The position numbers were made by a program, and so were the translations under genes. A DNA stretch of 64,000 nt from Octopus sinensis (lineage: Eukaryota). Below are positions 51,703 through 64,000 of this stretch, one piece after another. The stretch covers positions 32,488,001 to 32,552,000 of the forward strand of contig NC_043007.1 in assembly GCF_006345805.1 (NCBI RefSeq), written 5' to 3'. Position 1 is the first letter of the stretch, and every line of letters begins with the position of its first letter. The notes beneath the pieces were generated by a model. The model did not search any database. It was not told the origin of the DNA and worked only from the letters and a program-made list of their open reading frames with translations.

Positions 51703-52095
51703 ACATATATATATATAAAGCTGAAGTTGTCTGTGTATGGCAGGTTTGGTAGCCTTCGACTAACACTATCTCCTCCGAGACCCTGTCGCACAAGTTGACT
51801 AAAATTGAGAGTATGATAGAAGAAGGCTTGCTCTTCATTTCGTAGAAGATAAAATTCAAATCGGACCATGTTAACACCAAAAATTATTTACATCAAGAAG
51901 GTGCTTTTTTTTCTATGAAAATCCCTATTTTTTACGATTTTTTGACTGCTGTGTCGCCATTTTTTGGTGTATTTCAACCAAAAAATGTTCACTTACAGAG
52001 AATAACAAGCTACATAATGCGATATTTTTACTTTTCAAAAATTCCAATTCTAAAGGGTTGAAATAAACCCGAGTAACGCCGGGCGATACTGCTAG
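51703..52095 (+). mobile_element. Non-autonomous Helitron
   Basis: 5' end xTATATATATAAAGCTGAAGTTGTCTGTG; 3' hairpin CCCGAGTAACGCCGGG followed 8 nt later by terminal CTAG|T. Confidence 0.72.
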
Positions 52096-52169
52096 TAGAG
52101 AATAAAAATGTATTGAGTAATTGAGGTTGTCAAAGTCTGTAACAGCAAAATTAAGCTTAGACTAATGAA

Positions 52170-52400
52170 ATGCAAGCCAGCAGCAACGGTGATCATTGCA
52201 TATACATCACATTTAGGGCTGACAGGTGAGCAAAAAAGTCCATTTCTATGGTGTCTTTTGTACACTTTCTCATCAATGATTGAGAATCTAGTTATTATAA
52301 CTGGTGACCACAACAGGCAGGTTGGTAAAATCAAGATTGCTACTCTAAATGTACATGAAGCTTATGGATACATAACAAAGAACGGAGATGAATTTAAGTT
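52170..52400 (+). mobile_element. Decayed RTE endonuclease fragment
   Basis: TVIIAYTSHLGL...ITGDHNRQVG...VHEAYGY mirrors ISAYAPQ...AGDFNGHVG...VHGGYGYG. Confidence 0.7.
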
Positions 52401-52668
52401 TCCTGGAATTGCATGGCACAATTTTTCCACTTACTTCAGCCACTTTGTCAGCTCTTAATCTGTCAAGCATCAGCCAAATAAACTTCATATTGACCAGGAA
52501 ATAAGATAAACAAGTCATTGTAAACACTTAAACCTCTTTCATTAAAGAATGAACACTCAGCATAGACAAGGATCGGTGGCTTTGGAATAAGAGTGACACA
52601 GACTCAGAGAGATAGATCCAGAGAAGTACTAGGTGACATGTGATGAAGAGAAAGAGATAGAGGAAATA

Positions 52669-52898
52669 TATTTCTTTACTATCCACAAGGGGCTAAACAC
52701 AGAGAGGACAAACAAGGACAGACAAACGGATTAAGTCGATTACATCGACCCCAGCGCGTAACTGGTACTTAATTTATCGACCCCGGAAGGATGAAAGGCA
52801 AAGTCGAATTTGCGGAATTTAAACCCAAAACCTAACGGCAGACGAGATACGGCTACGCATTTCGCCCGGCGTGCTAACAATTCTGCCAGCTCGCCGCC
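52669..52898 (-). mobile_element. tRNA-derived SINE family C, young full-length copy
   Basis: Minus-strand head GGCGGCGAGCTGGCAGAA; central CGACTTTGCCTTTCATCCTTCCGGGGTCGATAAATTAAGTACC; tail GTAAAGAAATA. Confidence 0.88.
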
Positions 52899-52929
52899 TA
52901 GAGATAGGAGAAATAGGAGTTTGAAGGAG

Positions 52930-53830
52930 CCTGCAGCAAGCCATAGTCTAGTTGTGTAGGTGGAGCAAGGTGTTAGCCAGCTGGAAGGCAACATGGTAAT
53001 GGGATGATGAAGCCATAAAAATTAAGAGACAAGTTTTGGAAACAAAATGAAGAATCAAGAAACTTTAAACTTAGTAGACAAGACAAAAGCTTCAGTTCAC
53101 AGAAATGACAAGACTCTCTTGGTGTCTGGGAAGTAGCCCAGCTCCATATATGCTGAAATGGAATTGATAATGATTCCATACTGTGTGCTGAATGTAAACA
53201 ATAGCTGCACAGGTGGAATAAAATGACAAGCAGGTGGGTAAGTGACATATGTCGAATATGCAAACGAATCGTTAGCAGTAAGTGACCTATGAAATAAATT
53301 CTTTCAAATACCCAGAAGGTTCCATAGAAGTAATTGATAGCTTCTACTATGTATGTGACATAATCAGTAGTGGAGGAGGTGAATGTTCTGATAGCAGAGT
53401 AGCTAGAATGAGAATAAAATAAGAACCGTGGGAAAGGTTCAAGGAGCTGTAAGCTAGGGTCTTCTCTCTTTGAGTGAAAAACAGATTGTCTGATATTTGT
53501 ATGCAAAGTGCAATATAGCACAGAAGCAAAACATGAGCACTGAATGCAAAGGATGCACAAAAGGTTGGAAAGAATGAAGTTTAATATCTTCCACTGGGTG
53601 CATAATTTTAGTGCTAATGAAGAATTTTAATTTAGTGTTAATTGAATGATTTGAAATTTAAATGTAAATTTGTGTGTGAATGATCACAAATGAGCAAAGA
53701 GAAGAACTGGACAGAAGTGGAAATGGCTGTAGTGTGCAAGAGAGACTATATCAATATAGATGTATGACATAGGTGAGGATGATAGCTGAGTAAAGAAGTG
53801 CCAGGTAGCCCCAAATAGAAGAAATTTACA
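52930..53830 (+). mobile_element. Old RTE LINE RT C-terminal relic, same lineage as the 16-20 kb element
   Basis: EVIDSFYYVCDIISSGGGECS...WERFKEL aligns with EVVDSFRYLGDQVSSGGGCAES...WAKFREL at about 18665-18780; many stops. Confidence 0.7.
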
Positions 53831-54196
53831 GAAGGGGAAGACATAGGAAGAGATGAAGATCAATTATCAGGATAGTTAACTTCATGAAAAAGATGAGAAT
53901 GGAACAAGGTATTACAGTATAGTCATTCAACCCATGAGAGCATGGAAAAACTGACGTAAAAGGATGATGGTTGTGACTGATGAAACACAAGCATCCACAC
54001 GAACATACACACACACACACATCCCATACTTTTTTATTTACATTTATCTCGTATTCATATAACACTAAATATCTGTATTTTTGCTTTTATTTCAGCCTGT
54101 TATATGTATGAGTATGGTTGGAGTGTCCTACAGATTTCAACAATAAAATAATTCTGACATTCTTGCCTTATCCAATGACATTAGCAACCCAAGTGC

Positions 54197-54428
54197 TTAA
54201 CCCTTTGGCATTTAAATCAGCCATATCCGGTCCCAAATTTTCTACTTGTTCTTTTTTATGTTAAAACCAGCCAGATATGGCCTCTCACATCTACCTAACA
54301 ACGTCTTTCAAAACATAAGCGATCACACCATCGAAATCTCAAAGCTACAAGATAATGCATGATTAATTCAAATCATCGTGAATGTTATATGTTACATTTG
54401 ACAGAGTAATCTGAATGCTAAAGGGTTA
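54197..54428. mobile_element. piggyBac-type MITE, complete
   Basis: TTAA|CCCTTTGGCATT ... AATGCTAAAGGG|TTAG. Confidence 0.75.
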
Positions 54429-56324
54429 GGAAACTGCACTAAGTAGGGACTGAAACCAGTCTGACAAAATGCCTAACTCATCCCTTGCACCATCATCTCG
54501 TCAACACCGTTATGTTACATACGTATAACACTCACAATAAATTTATTTGCCATAGATGAGCACTTCCAAATCTTTTTTCATTTTTATATGAATAAGATTT
54601 TAGAAAATAAAATCTTAAGATTTAAAGATAAACCAAAATTCAATAACAGTAGAATTCAAATTAATTCAAATTACAATATAAAGATTTTTTTCTTTCAAAC
54701 CTGAATTTTAATTAAGTTTTATATTTTAAGTTTAGTTTTTGAGGCATTTTCGATTTTATTTCATTTTATATTCCTCGTAACTTTTATTTATGAAAACATT
54801 TCTGTTTAAGCAATTTGAAATTTTATATAAAAGCAGTGAAAAAGAAACTTAGAATTTCCATGTTAATAGATTTCTTGTGAAAGATTGTCTGTAGCATTGC
54901 AGCATTATATTAAGATTGCAAAAGTCATGAAGACAATGGTAAAATGAAACGATTTCAAGGTTAAGTTAGCTTGATTTTTAACTATGAATAATGGAAGAGC
55001 TGTTCAAATAACTAGAAAATCTGCATCTAGTTATCTATTAATCTATATCTACACACATACAATTTTTAGTAAGCAAAGTGAGAGGGACAGTGGTCCCTGA
55101 CCATTGTAGGGTTTCTCAAACAAGGAAACACAGCTGATAACCATTTTAAGGTTCTGAGGATCTGATTGACAACTGCAAGAAATTTGTGACTGGGAGAAAA
55201 TTCCAGAGAATTTTAAAGGAAGAGAGGACATGTGAACTGTAATTCAGTTGTGTCAGAGGCCTACACGAAACCAGACAGACACAGATATACATACACACTA
55301 ACAAACAGATGTGTGCACAAATTAATAATTTATACATCATTAATATTTTTAATAATAAAAAAGCCACTATTGATTTTAGAATTTTGTACAGTCTGGCAAA
55401 ACTTGGGAGGAGAGTGTGTAGCCAGTTTTTTAATTGACCTTGATGTTCGTTTTACAGGCACAGGAAATATGATAGGCAAAGTTAAACTCCGAACAAGAAG
55501 AGATGCAACTAAATACTGTATTTAATGTTCAGCATTTCCAAGAATTTGAGGGGGGAAAAAACAAGAATGAAATCATGTCATTTAGCTCAACTACATTACT
55601 TTAATTAATTTTTTAGCTCTACTCTATTACTTTATTTGTTTGTAGGTAAGTGCAACAAACAATTATGCTTAATTAACAGTACCTGCAGCCTTAGAAACAC
55701 ATTTTGAGAGGAGATAGGTGAGATGAAAGATCATCATCACCATAATTTTACATGTGCTTTGCATGTTGGGCAACAGTTGAACAGGATTGAATTAGTTATT
55801 TGCAGTCACAGCCCACCTAGATGAGTGAAGGGACCACGTTTTGCTCATACATTCAACTTTGTTGTTTCCACAGTAGGAAGCACTTCATAATACAAACTAC
55901 TTTACAATACATAAAAATAAAGAAAAAGTGATGGGCATGTATACCTCACATAAAACATTTTATAACTAAACCCAGATTATTATTATTCATACCAGCAAAA
56001 CCTTTGACATCCTCTTAACCAAATTCCTTAATTAAGATTAAACTTTTCTTAAAGATAAAGTATGATAATCACTCAGTTTTAAGAATGAAGTAACATTTGT
56101 TTATCAAGGTAGAAATACAATCTTAAAATAGACATCGTTAACCCAGCTTTTTATGAATTTTAAACTTCAGAATTGTCAAACAAATACTACAATTACTGGT
56201 TGTTTACAGTGATCTAACGTTTAAAATTTATGTTTTTACTTTAGTGAAATATGACAAATTACGGAGACGTACTTGCATAGCAAGTGACCTGATCTGAGAT
56301 CGTGTGCTAGAATGAAAACAATTG

Positions 56325-56551
56325 CAGCGTGGAAGGTGTTTATAAACCATTTAAGAAACACACAAAAACCGTTAGATTCACTTCAACATTTAAATTTAAT
56401 TTGTCGAAATATTTTCGTCGCTTTGAGACCGCAACCTCTTCACTGACAAATGGTCTCAAAGCGACGAAAGTATTTTGACAAACTAAATGTTGAAGTGAAT
56501 CTAACGGTTTTCGTGTGTTTCTTAAGTGGCTTATAAACACCTTCCACGCTG
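56325..56551. repeat. Long imperfect inverted repeat (arms about 105 bp, 21-bp spacer); possible Penelope-like pseudo-LTR remnant
   Basis: CAGCGTGGAAGGTGTTTATAA...CGTCGCTTTGAGACC / GGTCTCAAAGCGACG...TTATAAACACCTTCCACGCTG. Confidence 0.9.
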
Positions 56552-58166
56552 AATATGACAAAGTATTGTGAATTACTTCAATATCAAATTCTAAGGGAAA
56601 TCCAAGAAAAAGTTTTCTGCTGTTACTAATTTCCTGACAGAGAAATTATGGTTCTTAGAACAGGTTTTATTAAGAAATTAATGTACAGCAGAGATATGAT
56701 TTAAAGCATTTAAATCAAACAGTTTAAAATTACCGACAGAATTGTATTTTGAATGCACTTAGCTACTGAGGAGTCTTGTAAACTCACAAATACAACCAAC
56801 AAAATTCAACCGTCAAACTACAAACAGGAATGAGAATATTTGGTGTGACATAAATATTTATTTGCTAACGAAATCATAGAATGTGGATGATTTTTAAGAT
56901 TTGGTGAAACAATTTTGAATGCCAAAAATTTACTTCCGTTGAAGATGTTTTTGAATTTCTAAAGTTATCTAACTTCAGATCTTTAATTTAAAATATCATA
57001 TATTTGACAATAATTAGTATCAGACAATTTAGACACTATCTATCACAAATTCTCTTATTTTCTTGGGTCTTAAAAATAATATTTGCTTTAATTACCAGTA
57101 ATTTATTACAATCTGACAGGTATTTATCAGCTGTTGAAAAATTACCCATCAAAATGAATATATAGAAAAATATATTTTGTTGAATTCTGCATGAACATTT
57201 TTTTTGTTTTTAAGGATTTCTATACACTCAGAAAGGGACTCATAAACAAACAGAAGGAAGGAGTTACTTTATCGATGAAAAATGTTGCTATAACTAGGTA
57301 TCACTAGAGAGTGCCATACAATGGAGACAAGTACAGTTTGAACAAGAAAAAAACACATTTTTTGCTTATCATTTTCATGTCAAAATACTGTTTTCCCATG
57401 GAAAATTATACATTTGAAAAGCTTTGGGTGTGAACATTCTTACATATAGTTTTAATTAAAATCCAACAGGTACATATCATGTCAGGGGTTCCTCAAAAAC
57501 CCTGATAGTTTCACGCATTTTCAAAGTTGGTCCCAGTTTTCTTTTTTTTTTAATCTTCTGAACAGTAGCTCTCGTTCTACATCAATGCACTCGGGCGCCA
57601 TAAGTCAAGTTTTGTTAAAAATTGTATATTCTTATAGATTTAATGTCTTAGCTTTATTTTGATATAAAACTCAATGAGGGTAGGTCGTCAGATACTGTCG
57701 CAAAATATGAAAGCGAAATGTTTATTGCTAATTTTTACTCAGAAAAGAAGATAATTTCCTTCAAGATTTTCATACTATAAGAAAGAAAAATTTCTTGCTA
57801 AACCATCATGGACATTGCCGATTCTGGTCAAGGTATGGCCGAAAAGCATAAAGTGAAAGAAGAGGGTGGTATATTGACACTTTTTGTATACATACAACAC
57901 ATATTGACGCCACTTGTCAAATTGACAGATTCCTTCTTAGCAAGAAGAAAATGAATTTAAGGATTCAAATACCAATTCTGATTCAAATTCCAAGAAATGA
58001 ACAAATTAATTGGTAAGTAAACATATTTCTACAGGAATTCGCACTAAGTTGAGTTCAATAGGGCCTCAAGAGTCCAAAATTAGCATGTAATCGTCATATT
58101 GATAATGTTGTTTATTCTCTATCACTTTGTACCAAGTGACCTTGCGCATATTCTTCGAATTTTGTA

Positions 58167-58570
58167 TTTACTCTTTTACTTGTTTCAGTCATTTGACTGT
58201 GGCCATGCTGGAGCACCACCTTTAGTCGAGCAAATCATCCCCAGGACTTATTCTTTGTAAGCCTAGTACTTATTTTATTGGTCTCTTTTGCCGAACCGCT
58301 AAGTTACGGGGACGTAAACACACCTGTATCAGTTGTCAAGTGATGTTGGGAGGACAAATACAGACACACAAACATATACACACACATACATATATATACA
58401 TATATATGACAGGCTTTTTTTCAGTTTCCGTCTACCAAATCCACTCACAAGGCTTTGGTCGGCCCAAGGCTATAGCAGAAGACACTTGCCCTAAGTGCAA
58501 TGCAGTGGGACTGAACCCGGAACCATGTGGTTCATAAGCAAGCTATTTACCACACAGCCACTCCTATGCC
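58167..58570 (-). mobile_element. SINE family A, full-length
   Basis: Reverse-complement match to 12549-12962. Confidence 0.9.
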
Positions 58571-60420
58571 TATAAAATATTTCTTAAAGAAATACTGGTC
58601 TCTATTTTCATCAATAAAAATTATATTGTACAATGAATATTATTATGTAGGCTATGTGATTTTTGAATCTTTTTTCCCATGATTTAAACATAGTCAGATA
58701 TTTTTGTCACACTGTTTACATTTTCACAAGAGCAGGATGTGGTTTTCCCTCTTATGTTTCGTAACGATTATTTGACCTATCACCATCAAGATTTATAGCA
58801 AAATAAATATTAAAAAATCGTCTACCTGCATATACGATTATTAACACAACTTGAGTTTATAGTGTTCAAGAGCACTGAACTAGATCGAGAGCTAGCATTC
58901 AGCAGTCAAAAATAGCAAAAGAAAATGGGATTAACTTTGTGAATGGGTGGAGACACCAGGATGTTTGAGGGACCGTGACATCTTGGGTAAGTGTCAGATT
59001 TTGATTAAAACTATATGAGAACAAAGTTCACATCCAGAACTTTTCAAATGATATATAATTTCCCAAAGAAAATTGGTATTTTATCATGAAAATGATGTAC
59101 CAAAAAAATGGGGTTTTGTGTGGTCATATTGTGTGTGTGTCACCCCCTCCACAGAACTCTCCAAGGATACTTATTAAATTTATTGTAAAGCTCCAAACTT
59201 AGAGAAGATTCAGTTTTATACCCTGTACCAGTGTATCAAAACTGAGCCCCCTGCAGATAACGGATCACAATATAACCATAGGAAATGCTTGCAATAGCTG
59301 GAATTTAATTTTTTTTTCATAAGAATCTTCCCCTCTTCATTTCCAAGGCCATGGTGAGAAAAAAAATGGGGAAAATCCCTGTCAAAACTAAGAAAATGCA
59401 ACTTATGTGGGCATCCTGATCCAAAATTCCACTATTTATAGTCATTTTTAATAGTCTAATTAAAATTTTATGGAAATGCTGCCATGTCCCAAAATCTCAT
59501 GATTTATTTATTTACCTCCAAACCTACTACAAAGGTGCCAAAGCTCAAGTTCCTAAAGTTTGTAATTTTGGATTTAGCTAGGTCTGAAAACACTGCAAAA
59601 ACCAACCATTTGTTACATGTAACAAAATAGGTTTTACTTATTTCAAATATTGTCCAAAAAAAAAAAGTTTTCTTTCCAAGAAACTGAAAAAAAATTAAGC
59701 AACTACTATACCATGGTCACTATTAATTTGTGGAATTTGAAACCGATCATCACCTCAGTTTCTAAGTTATGACATCACAACTATAGCTACTTATTCATTT
59801 ATGCAAATTAGGCAAAATCTTGACCATTTCACTGACCATTCAAGTTGTCATATTTCCTAAAATATTTATTCAAATTTCACAAACGAGCTATCAAAATGTT
59901 TCTTTTTGGATGTTCTCCAACAAAAAGCAGAGTAGAAATTACATTTAAATATTTTCAAAAATTCATAACGATACCTACTCTGACTAACCAAAATCTAATT
60001 GAAAATAAAATACTGGCTACCAGAATTAAATAAAAGTGTCCAGCCAGTACCTCCTGGCTCTATGTAAATTCATATTTTATTATTTAGTTACCATGACAAC
60101 CGACAATCACTATAAAGAAAATTTTAACTTGTCAAGATTAACAAAACTAAAAGTTTAAATATAAAAAAAAAAAAAAAAAAAACGTGTCAGGGTTAAGTTT
60201 TCAAAGAGTTTGAAAACTGAAGGCAAGAGCATGATGGGAAATATACTTTAAACCCAAAATATAAGGGGGAAATAGTAGCTACTTACTTGTAACAAACTTT
60301 AAATGTACTAAGCATAATTTTTGAATATTAATGTATATTTGGTTTGAAACAAGTTATCTTGTTTATTCTTCATTTTTGTCCCATCTCTAAATGAACTGAA
60401 TGGTAACTGATGTTTTAAAC

Positions 60421-60663
60421 CAGTGGCTCTCAGCCGTTTTTTACTTACGGCCCTTCTGGTCCCTATTTCACTCTACTGGACCCCTGCAGCCATTCAATGC
60501 TTCAAAAAATCCCATTGCATTTTTAATTAAATATTATAAGGGATTGTATTAAAAAATTGTTAAAATATTTTGTGTACTGTAGAATTATAACAACTTATTG
60601 TACATTAATTTTAACAACTAAACCTTATAAGGACTCGCGTGGACTCCAGTTTAAGTACAACTG
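60421..60663. mobile_element. hAT (Charlie-like) MITE, diverged
   Basis: TTTTAAAC|CAGTGGCTCTCAGCC ... GTTTAAGTACAACTG|CTTTAAAT; TSD matches 6/8. Confidence 0.55.
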
Positions 60664-61176
60664 CTTTAAATCACAATAAGATCATGTTCAAATATTTATT
60701 CCAGTTAATCAACAGTTAATTAGTGTACAACAGTTTCCTTGCTTAATAAACATGGACTGACAGAATCACCTGAGTATCAGACAAAATGCATGCAATATTT
60801 AGTGACAGCCCTTTTTTTAACACTCTGAAGCCTGTACTGCTTTTCACCTCTTTAGGGTCAATAAAAAATAGAGTACCAGTCAGGTATTCCAGTTGATTAA
60901 ATCAAATGTTCTCTTTTTCCAAAATTGATGATGGTCTTTTATGCTAGTGTTAGAAATCAATATTCTTGTTAATATACAGAATTCTACCAGAATGGGAATA
61001 CAATCTAAACCTAAATAAATGGAACCAAACAATCAATGAATGGCCTACCATAAAAGAATATATAAATCAGAATTACAAAAACAAAACAGAAACATCTAGA
61101 ATATTAACTTTCTAACAAACTGAAAAATCTTAAAATCAATAATAAAAAATACTGATGATTAAGGTGCATGTAATTA

Positions 61177-61209
<33 letters not shown>

Positions 61210-61280
61210 TTATTATTGATAAAAACGGTAAGATAACAAAACAAAGAAAGATACCTCAATATCATGTAAATAGAGGAATT

Positions 61281-61448
61281 TATCTGTAAATGTAATATGT
61301 GACAATTATTCGGTAGCCAAGATAAAACTCCGAGGTGGAAATCCACACCACCACCTCTTCAGTTATCCGGCCATCGAAAAAACCGCTATGAAAAATCTTT
61401 TTTTTATCTTGGCTACCGAATAATTGTCACATATTACATTTACAGATA
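61281..61448. repeat. Perfect 47-bp inverted repeat enclosing a 74-bp spacer; possible Penelope-like remnant
   Basis: TATCTGTAAATGTAATATGTGACAATTATTCGGTAGCCAAGATAAAA (61281-61327) and its reverse complement (61402-61448). Confidence 0.92.
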
Positions 61449-61859
61449 TATATATACATCTTAAGAGAAGGGGAATTCAGGAAATCCAAGCAAACACCTC
61501 AATCATCAATCTAAGTGAAATCCTAGTTAACTGGATGTATAGGGAGAAGGGGGGAAAAAATCATCCACATACAGCAGAAATGTTCTACCAACTGAAAATC
61601 CAAGTAATGTACTGATTTAAAGAATAGAGCAGTCATCACAGAATATAAAATAAAAACGGCTCTCTCACATTTATTATAAATAAATAAATGCAATACCACC
61701 ACCTTTGTTCCTTTTTGTTTTATTTTACACACACACAATGTGAGTATCCATGCAGTGGAGTATGCTCAACAGGTGCCTGCTGTCTCCTGTCCCTCATAGT
61801 GTTCCCCTTGTCTCCAAACATAAAGCAGGCCCCCGGTACTCCCCCAGAGTTCTAAGTCC

Positions 61860-62112
61860 TGTGAACTGCACAGTGGCCTCTGGTGCACGTACCACGAGAA
61901 AAGCAACCGGTACTTGCTGTGGCCTCAATGGTGCATGTACCACGAGAAAAGCAACCGGTACTTGCTGCAAAGTGGTTGGTGTAAGGAGGGACATCCAGCT
62001 TTAAAAGCCGTGCCAAAGTAAACATTGAGGCTTGACACTGTCCTTGGACACACTGGACCCTGTCAAATGGCCCAACCAATGCCAACATGAAACAGGGACG
62101 TCAAATGATGGG
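61860..62112 (+). mobile_element. Diverged LINE 3'-tail variant with an internal 46-48-bp duplication
   Basis: GTACCACGAGAAAAGCAACCGGTACTTGCT twice (units from 61873 and 61919), then AGTGGTTGGTGTAAGGAGGGACATCCAGCT...GGACGTCAAATGATG. Confidence 0.65.
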
Positions 62113-63339
62113 GCTGGGAGGGAGGACACAAATATTGGCTAGAATGAGTTGTGGTATTTGTTTCAACATAGTGCTGTGTTGAAATCCTGCTGGAGTCATA
62201 CTTATTGTTGATCATTTCAAGGTCAATAAACAAGCGTCAAAACAGGCTGGTGGGTTGGAAGTACTATTATAGCATCAGACAAAAAAAAACTTCTAACAAT
62301 ATCTGTTCTGGCCCTTTGCAACCCTTGCAATAACACCAGTGCCAAGTAGCATAATCCCTGAAGTGACACCCTTTCCAGAGACAGACAGACAGACAGATTT
62401 AAATGCACAGAAAGCTGCCAAGTCTTCCACAAAAGCACTGTGCCCTAGCTTGTACATATAGGTGACCCTAAGATAGAAATGTTCTGCCTAAATTGCACAA
62501 TGATTTATCCAAGTTATTATTGTCTGTTTTAACCTATATGAAACTGATAGACAATTGATTTTATCTATAGATGAATTAAACAAGATGACTTGGTTTAGAA
62601 TATATTTTTTAAGAAAAAAATATACATAGTATTATTTTATCTTTTTATCAGTTAATTAACCTATCATTATGTTATTTATATAAGGAGAAACCCAACAGTG
62701 TGATTTGGAAAAACATAGCGTATCACACTCTATATTTATTTCATAGCTTATGTTATTTTTTTAACAGTTAAATTTAATAGACTGCTGCAAAATTTATAGC
62801 CAAGCAATATAAAAGGTAGTTGGTTTAAAGTAATATCAAATTTTTTATGTAAAGCACAAGACCAATTTTTGTAAAAGTAAGCTGTACCTAATTCAGTTTA
62901 ACAGGTTAAAAAAAACATTATTGGTACTCATTTCAATAATCCTGTGGATATGAAAGCCAAGTCAATTTCAAAACCAAATGGGCTTTTTAAGGATTTTTTT
63001 CAGTAAATTTTAACCAATATGATTAAATATTTAAATGCTAAGATGGATGAAACAATGTCAAATTATTTGTTTTTGTTTTTTTAAATACCTAATTAGTTGT
63101 TTTTTAAATTTTATAACACATTTTATAAATGATGATGTTTTTAGTTATACATTCCCAATGAAGTTTGTCTTGTAACGAAATCCGAGCAAATATCACAACA
63201 GAATTCTGTTTTAAAGCACCAGTTGAATGGTTTTCTTTTTGCTCTTTACATTTAAAGCTGGTAACTACAATATTTTGGTTAAAACAAGCACTAATAATTG
63301 CCATCTCTAATTCTACCTACTTCTCATAAACATTCAGAG

Positions 63340-63830
63340 CTCTAATTCAAAGATGTTGTCTTACTTCTTTCACCTCCATCTATCTATCCATGAGCAATTG
63401 TCTTTCTCCTTTTGAAATCTTCAGTTCTAAGAACATAATGTTTTTCTGATGTCATCCACCATTGATTCAGACATGACCAAGGAATTTTAATCTTTGACAA
63501 TCACTGCTTCCTTCACTTTCAGTAGTATTGATCCGTTTGTTCTTTTTGTCCACGACATTCCCAGTAATCTTCAGCACCATATTTCAAATGCATTCATTTT
63601 CCATCTACCTTGCTTATTAATTCGTATCCAGAGACATCATTACAGAATATACCATTGATTTCGACAGTCTTCACATTGTTATTTAGGATATGCTTTTGTC
63701 TTTGATAATTTTCTCTAGTCCGATCAATGCAGCCTTCTCATGAGGCCATTCTACTTTCACTTTCATTCAAACATTCCCCACGTCTTTCAATCTTGCATCC
63801 AAGTAAAACAAATCAGCCACTGCTTCCCCC
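63340..63830 (-). mobile_element. Decayed RTE (BovB-like) LINE C-terminal relic
   Basis: CAGCACCATATTTCAAATGCATTCA and CAGCCACTGCTTCC resemble the antisense of BovB-type WAFEMWCWR and GSCSQEI regions (pattern recalled, not aligned). Confidence 0.4.
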
Positions 63831-64000
63831 ATCTAATCTCTAATCTTAAATTCTTTTAAATTTAAATCAGACTTTTTTTTTTTTTACTTTTAATTCCAAT
63901 CCACCTTTACACTTCTTCTATCAACAATGTTGTGTCATCCACTTATCTCAGGTTGTTGACTGCTATTTTTAACTCCCCACTTATCTCACCTGACCCTGCT

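Noticed and set aside
51669-51869. GLGGDSVSRRLPNLPYTDNF resembling piggyBac transposase
   Set aside because: Lies inside the Helitron-like element on its antisense strand; the similarity is short and probably coincidental.
68-63304. The many other 60-130 aa ORFs in the track
   Set aside because: They coincide with SINEs, LINE tails or (CA)/(TA) microsatellites and show no domain, codon or splice support.

Overview
AT-rich, repeat-dense animal genomic DNA, not prokaryotic. The SINE, MITE and LINE families look like those of Octopus (recognised from memory, not database-confirmed). Most of the window appears to be intron of one minus-strand gene. Its clear trace is a 3,096-nt symmetric (phase 1-1) exon at 24505-27600 encoding a Ser/Pro/Gln-rich, probably nuclear protein segment (tentatively QSER1/PRR12-like); a candidate 57-nt upstream exon lies at 35959-36015. 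A nearly intact RTE-clade LINE (about 16134-20079, + strand) has an APE endonuclease, RT with YADD, an embedded C4HC3 PHD-type finger and six single-base frameshifts but no stops. Its 3' tail matches a dozen dispersed repeats. The rest is three tRNA-derived SINE families, piggyBac-, hAT- and mariner-type MITEs, a non-autonomous Helitron, CR1/RTE/pogo relics and microsatellites. The most unusual observations are an 11 x 58-bp minisatellite grown from a degenerate copy of the gene's own exon, the PHD finger inside the LINE RT, and two long inverted repeats containing degenerate hammerhead-ribozyme-like motifs (Penelope-like remnants). I found no clearly new multi-gene system.
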